This document shows positions 26,339-43,483 of a stretch of DNA of 64,000 bases, one piece after another. The translations under genes and the position numbers were made by a program. The notes beneath the pieces were generated by a model. The model made no database searches and had not been told where the DNA came from. It worked only from the letters and a program-made list of their open reading frames with translations. Source of the stretch: Eledone cirrhosa (lineage: Eukaryota); the NCBI GenBank assembly GCA_964016885.1, contig OZ024754.1:24428001-24492000 (forward strand), written 5' to 3'. Numbering within the stretch: the stretch's first letter is position 1; each line of letters opens with the position of its first letter.

Positions 26339-27166
26339 ATTATTCTTTGAGTCTCAGTCATTGATGTTAGTTAACTGGAAAGTTTGTTGAAATGAATATC
26401 AAGCCACTACCTGCAGCCTCAGATATTCAGGACGTATCGGAGGGTTCTTGCTGTACCCAGCAAGCATGCCTTTTGAAGTGTTCCAAAAAGCGGGGCTGGA
26501 CTAATTTTCTTTAACCATCCTTGGAAACTCTTTGAGATAGTACCTAGTGCGCCTATGACAATCGGGACTACCTTGACTTCATGGCAGTTCCAAATCCTTT
26601 TTACCTCCCACTTTAAGTCCTGGTATCGGTTAATTTTCTCCCTCTCCTTCTCTTGCACTCTCGTGTCGAATGGGCAGGCCACATCCACAATCAGGCATGA
26701 TCATTTTCCTTGTCCAAAACCACCAGGTCAGGTCTATTGTCTGTATCCTAAAACCCCACAGCACCTTCACCTGATCGTTTTCTATCACCGACTCTGGCTT
26801 CTGCTCATACCACTTCTCAGAATGAGGTAAATTGTTTACTTTGCATAGGTGCCAGTGGATCACCCTGCCCATCACATCATGTCTCCAGCCTTTATAGTGA
26901 GTCTGGGCTAGGTGTTTACACTCGGATACAATGTGAGCCACAGTCTCCTCTCTCTCTCCACAGATCCTGCACAGTGGGCTAGCCTCCTCCTTGTAAATAT
27001 GGTATTATTATTATTATTATTGTTCTTTGAGTCTCAGTCATTGATGTTAGTTAACTGGAAAGTTTGTTGAAATGAATATCAAGCCACTACCTGCAGCCTC
27101 AGATATTCAGGACGTATCGGAGGGTTCTTGCTGTTCCCAGCAAGCATGCCTTTTGAAGTGTTCCAA
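26339..27166 (-). mobile_element. R4/Dong-type RLE LINE 3' end with tandem duplicated 3' terminus
   Basis: CRICG..ETVAHIVSEC..RHD..PDLV..DVACPFD..EK..Y..L..PIVIGALG; 27017-27166 repeats 26339-26485; (TAA)n tails. Confidence 0.85.
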
Positions 27167-27334
27167 TATATATATTGTTATACTTGGGGAGGGTCATATT
27201 GTTATAATATTGCCAGAAATAATAATGAAACATAATATTATAACAATATGACCCTCCCCAAGTATAACAATATTTCTTTCAACACACGATTTCATATCAA
27301 AAACCTTGCAAAAGAAATCCATATATATATATAT

Positions 27335-27732
27335 ATTGTTGGTAATTCAACAAATATATTTATAACAGTTTCGAAGCACTCGACAGTTTTTCTGGAGTAT
27401 AATATCAATGACATTAATAAATGGAAACTATATTTATAAAACCATATTTATTCTATTATATATATTTCAAGGGTACCAAAACTTTGGTAGGTACTCATCA
27501 GATAAAATACAAAGTTTGTTTTATAAATATTGACATATCCAGGAATGAGACCTTAACGGTTCAAGTTCAAGTTGACTATCCAAACGGACTTGAACCGTTA
27601 AGGTCTGATTCCTGGATATGTCAATATTTATAAAACAAACTTTGTATTTTATCTGATGAGTGCCTACCAAAGTTTTGGTACCCTTGAAATATATATAATA
27701 GAATATATAGTTTTCATTTATTAATGTCATTG

Positions 27733-27735
<3 letters not shown>
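27335..27735. mobile_element. Head-to-head palindrome of the pLTR of the 50015-54657 PLE family; HHRs at 27450-27508 (-) and 27646-27704 (+)
   Basis: Arms 27403-27570 / 27587-27735; ATTTTAT-CTGATGA...GAAA-TATATA-TA-ATAGAAT. Confidence 0.85.
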
Positions 27736-27830
<95 letters not shown>

Positions 27831-28174
27831 TATTATATTCCTGTATCAGTATATATTTCTTTATAAACAAATATCACGGCTAGCTATGTGTGTTGGTGTA
27901 TGTACAGTTGTAAGTTTGTGTGTACCCGTCAGATCTTTGACGTAAACTATATATGTACTTATATGTTGCTGAACATACAAATATATCATTTACACATTGG
28001 CACATGTGTTACTGCCTTTCTGTTTATTGACATGGTAATAATGATCCATAATATATATATATATGTAAATGTACTTATACATATATATGTACATACACAC
28101 ACACACATATGTAATATATACATGTATGATATGTATGGGTGATATACATATATGTATATATATATACATGTGTG

Positions 28175-28225
<51 letters not shown>

Positions 28226-28229
<4 letters not shown>

Positions 28230-28522
28230 ATGATATTAATAAATGGAAACTATATTTATAAAACCATATTTATTCTATTATATATATTTCAAGGGTACCA
28301 AAACTTTGGTACGCTCTCATCAGATAAAATACAAAGTTTGTTTTATAAATATTGACATATCCAGGAATGAGACCTTAACTGTTCAAGTTTTACCTATAAA
28401 TATAGTTTCCATTTATTAATATCATTGATATTATACTCCAGAAAAACTGTCGTGTGCTTCGAACCTGTTATGAATATATATATTTGTTGAATTACCAACA
28501 AATTAAATATGCCTTTTGCTTA
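28226..28522. mobile_element. Same pLTR family, inverted pair; HHR at 28272-28330 (-)
   Basis: Direct sequence match to 27405-27570 and inverted tail. Confidence 0.8.
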
Positions 28523-28547
28523 TACTATGTATACATATACGGTGTAA

Positions 28548-28621
<74 letters not shown>

Positions 28622-28859
28622 TGTGTGTGTGTGTATGTGTGTGTGTGTGTGTGTGTTCAGTAATGAAAGTGAGGGTGAGTTAAGATAACATCTTATAACG
28701 GAAAGAAGTATATACCTGTACACACACATTTAAATATACATACATGTATACACACTTAAAAATAAATGCGTGCATCTATACGTACATCCAATTACACTCT
28801 TACATAGGTATATAAAAGCATCAACCACATACACACACTCATACCGATACACATACATC

Positions 28860-28938
<79 letters not shown>

Positions 28939-29048
28939 ACACATACGCATATATAAAATCACATTCATACAAATATATGCACACACGTATATATATATAA
29001 AAACAATTACATATATACACATATACAGACATACACACATACACATAT

Positions 29049-29105
<57 letters not shown>

Positions 29106-29172
29106 CATGAATATGTATAGTATATCCCTTCCATATACCGTACCGATCGTGTTGTTATTTCTGTTTACCTTT

Positions 29173-29224
<52 letters not shown>

Positions 29225-29393
29225 CATACACACATATATACATATACATATACATACACATAGACATACACATATACACATATATTCACATACGTAAAAA
29301 CATAAATACACACATCTAGACAAAATAAATATATGTAAAATTGGCCATATAGTCATATATAGGATATATATACACACCCATATTCTATATATG

Positions 29394-29441
<48 letters not shown>

Positions 29442-29465
29442 GGTATATGGGTATATATATATATG

Positions 29466-29537
<72 letters not shown>

Positions 29538-30228
29538 TATATATATACATATATATATATATAATATACATATAGATATATATATACTTATATATATATA
29601 TACATATATATATATATACACACATATATATATATATATATACATATACATATGTATATATAAATACATATTTAATAACTATATATGTATACAAAACGTA
29701 CATATATACACATAAAACCGTACGTACAAAAAAATATATTCACACACAACTAAACGCATGTATATATACATACACACGTAAATTCATACATAGAAACAAA
29801 TAAATATATCAGCAATCAAAAATATTCATGAATCTATGAATATGTTAAGTAAATTTGTAGAGAGGAGTTTTCGGTGCTATAGTAGGGATGAACTAAGATT
29901 GGATAAAAATCCTATGTAAGTGTTATAAGTATGTGAAATTATATATGTGTGTCAAATATATCATTAGAAAGAATGCGTCTTATAGAGTACACTTAGTGAA
30001 AACAATGAGAACAATCAATATGTGAGTATTATAGGCATAACAAAATGTATGTAATCATAGTCAATATGTGAGTGTTGTTTGTGTGTTAAGGGTATAACTA
30101 AATGTATGTGTTCATATTGAATATAAGTTCAAGGTAGTTAGCGTAAATGGTATTTCATAAATAATATATATATATTTATTTATATATATCAATGATATTA
30201 AATAAATGGAAACTATATTTACAAAACC

Positions 30229-30287
<59 letters not shown>

Positions 30288-30290
<3 letters not shown>

Positions 30291-30516
30291 GTTTCTGAAT
30301 TTGTTTAGCAAGATTCTTTATCTGAAGAGGTCACAGAATGTGTGACGAAAGAACTTTGACTTGACAATATATAAACAACCATCTGGTTGTTGAACCAACC
30401 AACCAACCGGAAATTTATAAATTCCTAAATTTATAAATTTATTATAATAAATTGAAGTGAAAGCAACTGGTGCGTGTGTTTCTTATTGGCAACATGACCC
30501 TCCCAAAGTATAACAA

Positions 30517-30518
<2 letters not shown>
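30288..30518 (+). mobile_element. Truncated pLTR (48158 family) starting exactly at the HHR core 30322-30360
   Basis: CTGAAGA-G-GTCACA gaatg TGTGAC-GAAA-GAAC-TT-TGAC preceded by an inverted tail. Confidence 0.8.
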
Positions 30519-30544
<26 letters not shown>

Positions 30545-30547
<3 letters not shown>

Positions 30548-30978
30548 GGATCTTGAGCTCCGCTGACAAATTGAAACCGAGTTCAACCTGTTGTATGTCG
30601 GGTCCTCACCAGCTAAACCTTGCCTGCTTGTTAAGGCTGGTTATTTTAAGAAATCTTGAGTGAGGAAAATATATAAAATCTCTGTATGGGCACATTAGTG
30701 CATGTTAGAGTTAACCCTCAATCTCTCAGTATAACATCTCTCTATGGCACATTAGCCCATGACAGAGTTAACCCTCAGTTTTCTTCAATATAACATCTCT
30801 GTGTAGGCACATCAGTCCATGATAGGGTTAACTCTCAGTTGCTGATTCTGGTACTAGATCAACTAGATCAAGGGGAAATGGAATGTTTTGCTCGAGAGTC
30901 ACATGATCCAAGAATTGAGCCGACAACTTAAAGATTGTAAGCCTAAAACACTAATGACCAAACCATGTGCCTTCACAA
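30545..30978 (-). mobile_element. Diverged SINE family 2-like copy with internal ~58-bp tandem repeat x3
   Basis: tRNA-like head at 30900-30978; ggcacattag...gagttaaccctca repeats 30678-30840. Confidence 0.5.
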
Positions 30979-31029
30979 GCGATTTCTATATTAAATAATG
31001 ATGTTTACACTCTACTAATGTATTGAGAA

Positions 31030-31068
<39 letters not shown>

Positions 31069-31911
31069 TGGTCGAAAAGTTGTAATATTATTATAATTTA
31101 CTTTCAAGAAAATAAAATTATTTTTGAACACTTTATGTATAAAGTAAAATTATGTATGGAAATAAGACATCTATATATCTCAGACAATAGATATAAATAT
31201 TTTAAATACCAGATAAATATAAATTATAAATATTTTAAATACCAGATAAATTATAAATTATTCTTCTTAATAGAGATAGTTATCAAAATTTCCCTTGTAG
31301 AATTTTAGTTTGTATTTTTCACACATTTATAACAAACTTTTGTTAAGTTCACGGTGCACCTAGTTATAGTTCACGACAAAATTAATGTCCAACATCGCAC
31401 CGTTTGTGTAACACTGGAAGGAGTCAGGTTTATAAATGTATGGGGGGGGGGGGGGATGTTGTCAAGAGGTTTAAAATAATGCTTTTTTAATTGACTACAA
31501 AAGGTTTACAAAAATACATTAAGGGCAGCACAAAACGATGCAATGTGGGGAGGGGGGGGGGGGTCACTGACAGTAAAAGTGCGTATAAAACAAAACATGT
31601 AACAAAAAAATAGAAACAAAAGAAAATTACCCAATAGTGGGGAGACTTCAACGGGATACTCGTGGAGAAAGCTCACAAAAGCCACAGTCAGGGCAAGGGC
31701 AAGGGCAAGTGCCCTCTCGAAAGTGCTGCCAAGAGGTTTAGAGTAATGATATGATTTGACGAGAAGCTTAGTTACATTTGAAAGGAGATATACTAGATTA
31801 AGTAAACCTCAGTTTATGATTTGGAATATATTTTACAGAACTTCCAGAAAGACGAAACCAGATAGATGTCGGAAGCCTGACAACGGAATATAGGATACCT
31901 AAATATATATA

Positions 31912-31990
<79 letters not shown>

Positions 31991-32037
31991 TTTATATATA
32001 TTTAGGTATCCTATATTCCGTTGTCAGGGTTCCGACA

Positions 32038-32089
<52 letters not shown>

Positions 32090-32306
32090 AAAGTTTTATT
32101 TAAAATTGTTGGGTTGCAGCAAGTAAATATTTTATAACTGATATAAAGCACTCGACAAGTTTTTGGTGTAGATATACGATATTAAACAAATGGAAACTAT
32201 ATTTATAAAACCATATTTATTTTGACTACAAAGCCAGCTTCCCACCTTAATGGTCGCTTATATTTATGGTACGTCAAAATTATTTATAAAACTGTTTATA
32301 TATTGT

Positions 32307-32370
32307 ATTTTATCTGACGAAGGCATGCCATATTTTTAATATGGTATCCCTGAAATATGTATAATGAAAT
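32307..32370 (+). ncRNA. Type I HHR (sister family of the 54554 motif)
   Basis: ATTTTAT-CTGACGA-AGG c ATGCCATATT ttt AATATGGTAT c CCT-GAAA-TATGTA-TA-ATGAAAT. Confidence 0.8.
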
Positions 32371-32411
32371 AAATATGGTTTTATAAATATAGTTTCCATT
32401 TGTTTAATATC

Positions 32412-32499
<88 letters not shown>

Positions 32500-32568
32500 A
32501 CATAAATATATATATATGTACATAAATATATGTGTACATAAATTTATATATATGTGTGTGTATATCAA

Positions 32569-32620
<52 letters not shown>

Positions 32621-32877
32621 ATTCGTTTTGCGAGACTTCTTATCTGAAAACGTGTGTTGAAACAGATATTGTTATAATTTGCGTGTGTATTTATTGGCAA
32701 TATGACCCTCCTAAAGTATAATATTATATATATGTGTGAGTGTGTGAGTGTGTGTGTGTGTGTATATCTATTATGTATATGTGTGCGTGTGTGTGTGTGT
32801 GTATATATATATATTTATATATATATATAAATATATATGTATATATATATATGTGTATATATATATGTATATATATA

Positions 32878-33505
<628 letters not shown>

Positions 33506-33624
33506 TATATATATGTATATATATATATTTGTGTGCGTGAATGTATGTCAGTTTATACATACATAATACGTACTTACATACATAATACGTACATGCATAC
33601 ATACATACGCATATACATACATGT

Positions 33625-33715
<91 letters not shown>

Positions 33716-33852
33716 GAAAATATACATATATTTATATATAAATAATAAATTTATATATATATTTCCATATATATTTATAAATATATATATATATATATCC
33801 ATATATATATATATATTTACATATACATACTTACACAAACACACACACACAC

Positions 33853-33904
<52 letters not shown>

Positions 33905-34035
33905 GATAATAATAATAATGAGGACTCTATAATAATAAAAGGACGATTTGTTATGTCTTCATTGCGTTTATTGAGTAGTGACGCGCGTTTCGCTATTGAT
34001 CAACTCAATGTTCGATATGTATCGAACGTTACGCT

Positions 34036-34118
<83 letters not shown>

Positions 34119-34225
34119 TATATTAGAAGGAAAGTCCTGTTGGTTTCACATGAATGAAACACTTCTAGTCATGTAGAAATAATGTTTGTGTAATAAATAT
34201 AATAATATATACATACATACATACA

Positions 34226-34256
<31 letters not shown>

Positions 34257-34351
34257 GATAAAATTATATTTGTATACATATATGGTATGAGAACGGAATA
34301 GTACAACATGCTACATATATGTATATATAGGGTTTATACATTCACACACAC

Positions 34352-34481
<130 letters not shown>

Positions 34482-34621
34482 GTATATATATATATATATA
34501 TATACAGAGAGAGAGAGAAACATTCACATATGTATTTATGTATCGTTAAGATCCCGTCAAGGGTGAAAGCAGCGATTCTTTGCTTAAACTTTAATCTGGT
34601 CTTATAATATATATATATATG

Positions 34622-34704
<83 letters not shown>

Positions 34705-34705
34705 G

Positions 34706-34807
<102 letters not shown>

Positions 34808-34822
34808 TATATATATACATAC

Positions 34823-34984
<162 letters not shown>

Positions 34985-35267
34985 GTCTATATGTATATAA
35001 TGTATGTATGTATAGATAGATTGATAGCAAGCCAGCTAGCCAGCTAGTTAGATAGTGCTATCATTATCACACACCTTATTTGAAGTTACATTTCTCTTGA
35101 GAATGATCAACTATTAGGTGTTAAAATTACAAACGAAAGACACAGAATACCAGTCTTCAACTATCGAGATGGAAGTTTCGACCCCTACCGACGGTTCATC
35201 GCGTCGCTCCTTCTATTATTTCTGGCAACATTATAACAATAATATATACATATATATATATATATAA

Positions 35268-35298
<31 letters not shown>

Positions 35299-35435
35299 AA
35301 TATATATATATATGTATATATATATATATGTATATATATATATGTACATATATATATATATAAATATATATATATGTATATATATATATATGTATATATA
35401 TATATGTACATATATATATATATATATATATATAA

Positions 35436-36050
35436 CTTTGAAATGTTTTGGCCAGTATTGGCCCAGGCCATGTCTAACTTAATAGCACCACCTGGCGAAG
35501 TCTTTCAATTCAGGATTTGGGCACCATGGCCCATTCGAGAAGAGAATTACTGTTTGCGGAGACATATCCGGGTGTGGGTGGTTTGTCCGGGATTACTTGG
35601 AGGAATTTGTCCAAAGACTTCTTGAATTTTGTGTGGTCAGTTTCTGTTTTGACGTGTCCTGGTGTGATGTTGAAGAGAGCAGGGCCGATTGAGGTGAAAT
35701 AATTGTGCCGTATTGTTGTTATGAGTTGCGATTTAGATTTTTGAATGGGACGGATAGCACGGGGCCCAAGCCTTGGGTGTATCTTGAAGGCGATGCCAAC
35801 ATCATTTGGGCAGTGATGATGGAACATTTTCCACATCATGCAGATAATATAACGCTCACGGCGACGTTGGAGTGAGTAAAGTTTCAGGTTTTCCAATCGA
35901 CCCCAGTAGTCAAGGTCTGACATGCCATCTATCTTTTTCGTGATTGCCCTTTGAGGAGCTTCAAGTTTCATGATACTTTGTTTCGTGTGGGGAGACCACA
36001 GTGGACAACAGTATTCAAGGTGTGGTCGGGCGAAAGTAGAGAAGAGAAGG
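35436..36050 (-). mobile_element. CR1-like LINE 3' end
   Basis: [40 protein letters not shown]. Confidence 0.85.
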
Positions 36051-36061
36051 ATAATATATAT

Positions 36062-36163
<102 letters not shown>

Positions 36164-36177
36164 GTATATATATATAT

Positions 36178-36251
<74 letters not shown>

Positions 36252-36542
36252 GTATATATATATATGTACATATATATATATATAAATATATATATATATG
36301 TATATATATATATGTGTATATATATATATGTACATATATATATATATGTATATATATATATACATATATGTATATATATATATGTATATATATATATACA
36401 TATATGTATATACATATATGTATATACATATATGTATATACATATATGTATATATATATATGTATATATATATACATATATGTATATATATATGTATATA
36501 TATATACATATATGTATATATATATGGGTATATATATATAGC

Positions 36543-36630
36543 AATAATAATAAATGTGAAGACTAAAATCCAAAGAGATCCCGTTAAGGGTGAAAGCAGC
36601 GATTCTTTGCTTAAACTTTAATCTGTTATA
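36543..36630 (+). mobile_element. CAGAAGA-family fragment with inverted tail (other fragments 34548-34605 +, 37868-37938 -, 24036-24140 -)
   Basis: gatcccgttaagggtgaaagcagcgattctttgcttaaac. Confidence 0.75.
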
Positions 36631-36638
36631 GATATTTT

Positions 36639-36704
<66 letters not shown>

Positions 36705-36954
36705 GATGCACGTGGCCTGGTGGTAAGGTTAGACTTGTGATTATGATGTGGTTCGATTCCTAAGTTGCGTGTTGTGTTCTTGAGCAAAACACTTCATTTC
36801 AGTATACTCACCTGAAAATGAGTACCAGCAATAGCTGGAGGTTTAACCCTGCGATGGACTGGCGTCCTGTCCAGGGGGAGTCTTGTACTCTCAGTCGCTT
36901 CACGCCATGAAACCAGGTTAAGCACCGGCCAAATGAGCCTTCTGGCTTAAGAAA

Positions 36955-36955
<1 letters not shown>
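36705..36955 (+). mobile_element. SINE family 2-like
   Basis: tggcctggtggt...ggttcgattcc...ttgagcaaaacact. Confidence 0.7.
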
Positions 36956-37027
<72 letters not shown>

Positions 37028-37068
37028 GTCTCAAGTCTGGCTTATATATATTATATATATTATATATA

Positions 37069-37387
<319 letters not shown>

Positions 37388-37390
37388 GCA

Positions 37391-37578
37391 TGGTGGATTG
37401 GCAGTATCGGTAGAGGGTCGGACGCCATGCTTTGATACATAGAGTTACGGCCCTTGCCATTCTGAGTTCAAATCCCGCCAAGGTTAACTTTGCCTTTCAT
37501 CCTTACGGGGTCGATAAAATAAAGTACCAGTAATACACTGGTTATTTGCTGGCCTTGTGCCAAAAGTATAAACAATTA
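37391..37578 (+). mobile_element. SINE family 1
   Basis: Match to the family consensus. Confidence 0.85.
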
Positions 37579-37583
37579 TTATT

Positions 37584-37651
<68 letters not shown>

Positions 37652-37727
37652 ATAGATATAGATATATAAATACATATATAGAGAGAGATAGCTAGATATA
37701 GATGTTGATGTAGATACGCGCCTACAA

Positions 37728-37758
<31 letters not shown>

Positions 37759-37837
37759 CATACATGTATGCGTGTGTGTATACATAAATATATATATCCA
37801 TATTGATATTTCTCACTCTCATTCACTGACTCGCTCT

Positions 37838-37869
<32 letters not shown>

Positions 37870-37970
37870 TTATTAAAATAACAGATTAAAGTTTAAGCAA
37901 AGAATCGCTGCTTTCACCCTTAACGGGATCTACTGAAACATATATGTATATGTGTGTGTGTGTGTGAGTT

Positions 37971-38039
<69 letters not shown>

Positions 38040-38126
38040 AAATGGGGAGGAAAATACTGCTGGTAGTACATGGATAACATGTAATAAAATAGTGATTTGC
38101 CGACGATCATAGATATTTCATTGCAT

Positions 38127-38183
<57 letters not shown>

Positions 38184-38479
38184 CGTGTGTGTGTGAGTTT
38201 GTGTGTGTATATATATATATAAATATGTGTGAATGAAGTAATTCCGTCGGAAAAGTCCAGGAAAAAAGAGTGCTCTATGTAGGTAACAGAGCTTAATAGT
38301 TATATATATATATATATATAACTATTATATATATATATAACTATATGTATATATATATTTATATATGCATATATATAATGTATATATATAATGTATGTGC
38401 ATGTATATATGTATATATATATATATACATATATATATATGTATATATATATATGTATATATATATATTAATTATAATA

Positions 38480-39215
38480 CATCATCACTAATACATCATC
38501 ACTATCACCATCCTCATCATTATCACTATCAGCTGATATATTATCATTATCATCATTAACAGCATCATCAACATGACCACCATAATCATTCATCATCAGC
38601 GTCATCACTATCATCATCACCATCATCAACATTATCTCCTTCACCATCACCATCATCACCATCATCAACATTATCTCCTTCACCATCACCATCATCACCA
38701 TCATCAACATTATCTCCTTCACCATCACCATCATCATCATCATCATCATCATCACGTTCATCATCATCGTCATCACCATTATTATCATTATCATTATCGT
38801 CATCAACATCATCATAGTCATCATCATCATCATCATCACCACCACCGTCATCACCATCATCATCACCACCACCGTCATCACCATCATCATCACCATCATC
38901 ATCATCACCATCATCATCACCATCACCACCTCCATCATCACCATCATCATCACCATCACCATCATCACCATCACCACCATCATCACCATCACCATCATCA
39001 TCACCATCATCATCACCATCAACATCAACATCATCACCATCATCACCATCACCACCATCATCATCATCACTACCATCACCATCACCACCGCCATCATCAC
39101 CATCACCACCACCATCATCATCATCACCATCATCATCACCATCACCATCAACATCATCATCATCACCATCAACATCACCATCATCACCATCATCATCACC
39201 ATCATCACCATCATT
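38480..39215. repeat. (CAT/CAC)n trinucleotide low-complexity tract
   Basis: Direct. Confidence 0.95.
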
Positions 39216-39867
39216 ACCGTTATGAATCAATATTAGGAATCAGAAATAAAAATCGATGAAAAAAACAAATACAATAAATCAGAATTATCGGCCCAGGAGG
39301 GGAATATCTGATACATGATATAATACACATAATACAATATATTAGAATTATCGGCCCAGGAGGAGAATATCTGCCACATCATATAATACCAATAAAACAA
39401 GTAACTAACTTTTTATCTCTTACGTGTATACGTGTGTTTGTATGAGTATATATATACAGAGAGATGACCCCTTAGCCTTTGTCAAGGCAGAATTCTAGGA
39501 GAAGGAAAACTCTGATATAACACCTGCAACCCTGATGGTATCCAATGATGTTGACTTGTTCTTCTTTTTGGTAAATATCATCTTGGTTAAGAGAGTGGGA
39601 CTGGCTTTGTGCAGTGCCGTTGCTCACTATAAAAGCTTCACGGCACAGGTATTGCTTTATATCTGGAGATCTCTCTGCACTTGTCGTCACATGGTACCAT
39701 GGGCCCAGCACTATGTGTCAGTAATTGTCACAAGTGTAGTGTTTGTACCAGAGTTTTCAAGTCGCTGGCTGGACTAAAAGGTCACACTCGTTCAGCGCAT
39801 CGGTAGAGGTTCTCCTACATGGATATAAAGTAGTGGCCGTACTCGAAAACGAGTTGGCAGCCACAAT

Positions 39868-40735
39868 ATGTATATATATATATGTTTATATATGTATGTA
39901 AATGTATGTATGCGTGTGTGTGTGTGTGTGTGTGTGTATAGGTATGCATGTATGTGTGTTTATATGCATGTATGTGAGTGTCTGTGTATATATATATATG
40001 TTTATATATGTATTATGTGTATGTATGAGTGTGTGTGTGTGTGTATATAGGTATGCATGTATGTGTGTTTATATGCATGTATGTGTCTGTGTATATATAT
40101 TTATATATGTATTTTTGTGTATGGATGCGCGTGTGTGTGTGTATAGGTATGCATGTATGTGAGTGTCTGTGTACATATATATGTTTATATATGTATGTGT
40201 ATGTGTGCGTGTGTGTATGTGTGTGTATAGGTATGCATGTATGTGTGTTTATATGCATGTATATGAGTGTCTGTATATATATATATATATGTTTATATAT
40301 GTATGTGTGTGTATGTATATGTGTGTGTATAGGTATGCATGTATGTGTGTTTATATGCATGTATGTGAGTGTCTGTGTACATATATATGTTTATATATTT
40401 ATGTATGTGTATGTATGCGTGTGTGTGTGCATAGGTATGCATTATGAGTGTTTATATGCATGTATGTGAGTGTCTGTGTATATATATATATATATATGTT
40501 TATATATGTATGTGTATGTATGCGTGTGTGTGTGTGTAGGTATGCATGTATGTGTGTTTATTTGCATGTATGTGAGTGTCTGTGTATATATATATGTTTA
40601 TATATGTATGTATGTGTAAGTATGCGTATGTGTGTGTGTATAGGTATGCATGTATGTGTGTTTATATGCATGTATGTGTGTTTATATGCATGTATGTGAG
40701 TGTATGTGTATGCATATATATACGTGTGTATGTAA
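39868..40735. repeat. Degenerate ~100-bp minisatellite built from microsatellites
   Basis: Recurrent taggtatgcatgtatgtgtgtttatatgcatgtatgtgagtgtctg. Confidence 0.8.
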
Positions 40736-40994
40736 ACTTTGTAAATTATGCATTCGTATACAAAAGTAGGCGTAAGAATCTGTATAAGTGTCTGTATTGA
40801 TTTTGTTTTTGTTGTTGGTGTTGTTGTTAAGAACTGCTATAGTATAAACCTATGATAAAAGACATTCCATACGTGACCATCGTATACTGTGGTAGAACTA
40901 CACTGCTTAATGTTTCCCTCCTGGCTGATCTTTAAGAAATCTGGCGACCGTACAGAGGCCACCCAGTTTGTGCACGCACTTGTTTGTGCGTTTC

Positions 40995-41115
<121 letters not shown>

Positions 41116-41419
41116 GAAAATACAGAAATTAGTGTAAGCAAGAAGCCGACAATAATTCAGACATATAAGTGACTATAACATCAAGATGAAAAATATTTAA
41201 CGTAAGATATTGGATAAATAATTCAATCTTAATTCAAAACACGTATATATGCATATATATATGTATATATATATATATGTATATATATATGTATATATAT
41301 ATATATGCATATATATATGTATATATATATATATGTATATATATATGTATATATATATATATGCATATATATATGTATATATATATATATACATATATAT
41401 ATGTATATATATATATATA

Positions 41420-41601
41420 CAATGATATTAAATAAATGGAAACTATATTTATAAAACCATATTTATTCTATTATATATATTTCAAGGGTACCAAAATTTT
41501 GGTACGCTATCATCAGATTAAATACGAAGTGTGTTTTATAAATTTTGACATAACCAAGGAGAATATACCTTTACCAACACATTGAATATATCCCTTCTGC
41601 T

Positions 41602-41634
<33 letters not shown>

Positions 41635-41665
41635 ACAAACAAATTGAATATCCCTTTTGCTTATA
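41420..41665 (-). mobile_element. pLTR fragment (50015 family); HHR at 41465-41523
   Basis: Match to 50108-50250. Confidence 0.75.
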
Positions 41666-41691
41666 TATATATGTATATATATATGTATATA

Positions 41692-41752
<61 letters not shown>

Positions 41753-42407
41753 ATATATATGTATATATATATATGGTTGGTGGTCACCGATCTGCCCAGC
41801 TCCTATGTCTACCAGCATATTATGAAAAGATTATATATCTCCTATGTGTTTTGTCTGAAGAGGACATGTTTTGCTTTATGTTATACATAAAACTTTACAT
41901 CTTGGAAATATATATAATAAAATATATAGAGATGATATAAAGTATATATTTATATATTTCGTTTATTACTATTATTATATATATATATATTTCAGTTTAG
42001 TAGTCAGTTACAAATATTAAGCTCTAAGAAAATACTTCTGAGCATTACATTATAATTTAAGAAATAATAAAAAAAAATATATGATCAACACTACTGTGTT
42101 TTTTTTTGCAAAAAAAAAAAAAAAAATTATTGTCATTTTGCAAAAAAAAAAACACAGTAGAGTTGATCATATATTTTTTTAATTATTTCTTAAATTATAA
42201 TATATATATATATATAAACAGTGAGTGTGTTCTTATTTCTGGCAATATGACCCTCCCCAAGTATAACAATATATATATATATATATATATACATAGGGGG
42301 GTATGAGTGTATGTATGAATGTGCCTATATAATATTAGAAACAAATAACTTTTTAATTTATATGTGTGTATATATATATATACATATATATGTGTGTGTA
42401 TATATAT

Positions 42408-42455
<48 letters not shown>

Positions 42456-42527
42456 AATATATGTATGTATGTATATATATAAATATGATTAGTACCTGCT
42501 ATATTGCTGCTACAACTTCGATTTAAT

Positions 42528-42608
<81 letters not shown>

Positions 42609-42761
42609 AAAAGGGAAGTAAGGTTCTTCTCTCTATACACAAGAGTTGATTCTCCAGTCCCCTTCTCAACAAGGAAGATGAAAAATACTTACCTCTTAAT
42701 TTTAAATCTTTAACTTTTAGTTTTTAATTCTTATTAATTCTTTATAATTGTAATACTCAAC

Positions 42762-42803
42762 ATTTGATAAGATGAATTTTACTAATACATCGAAACCGTT
42801 TAT
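42762..42803 (+). ncRNA. Probable minimal HHR, U3-A8 variant (decayed)
   Basis: AT-TTGATAA-GATG...CATC-GAAA-CCGT-TT-AT. Confidence 0.5.
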
Positions 42804-42950
42804 ACTTTATGTACTTTATATACATTATAAAACTCTTTTTTAAAAGAATTGTCCCCCTCGTTTTTTCAATAATGTCACTTTGACGAATCAAGGAAAGGAA
42901 AAATACAAGAACAGACCCTAAAATATATTTTCCGTGCTATTTCCAATTTC

Positions 42951-43007
<57 letters not shown>

Positions 43008-43387
43008 ATATATATATATATGGGTATGCGTGTGTTTACGTATCTATATATATATATGTTTGCATAATTCGGTTTGTTTATGTGCGATTTTGTTGTAGTT
43101 GTTGTTGTAGTTGTTTAGCCCCAGGACAGCTGTGATTCTGCTGGTCTATCACCAAAGACATTCCAGCTATGACACATCCCGACATTTCAGACAGGCTGTT
43201 TGTTTTTTCCGACGTATTCTTCCTATTCTAAAAGACTGAGGTGTCATTTTAGAGAGAGATATGGTTGCTATTTCTAACATGTCGATTGGACATTCAGTGG
43301 ATCACGAGTTGGCTCCCGTTTGTGTGCATGCATTTGGATTTGTTTATGTGTGCCTGTATACAGACACACACACACACACACACACAT

Positions 43388-43483
43388 TTTAACTTTGCCT
43401 TTCATCCTTACGGGGTCGATAAAATAAAGTACCAGTAATACACTGGGTAATTGCTGGCCTTGTGCCAAAAGTAGAAACAATTA
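43388..43483 (+). mobile_element. 5'-truncated SINE family 1
   Basis: Core and tail only. Confidence 0.8.

Noticed and set aside
31841-31875. CTTCC...GAAAC...GTC-GGAAG HHR remnant (similar weak cases at 925-960, 2043-2085, 8041-8101, 41854)
   Set aside because: Core missing or too degenerate to call
38468-39259. Poly-His / poly-Asp-Gly / Met-Val ORFs
   Set aside because: Open in several frames only because (CAT/CAC)n lacks stops; no splice or flanking coding evidence
39470-39865. Possible exon or RTE 5' region (ctaggagaaggaaaactctga)
   Set aside because: No convincing ORF or domain; resemblance too short to annotate
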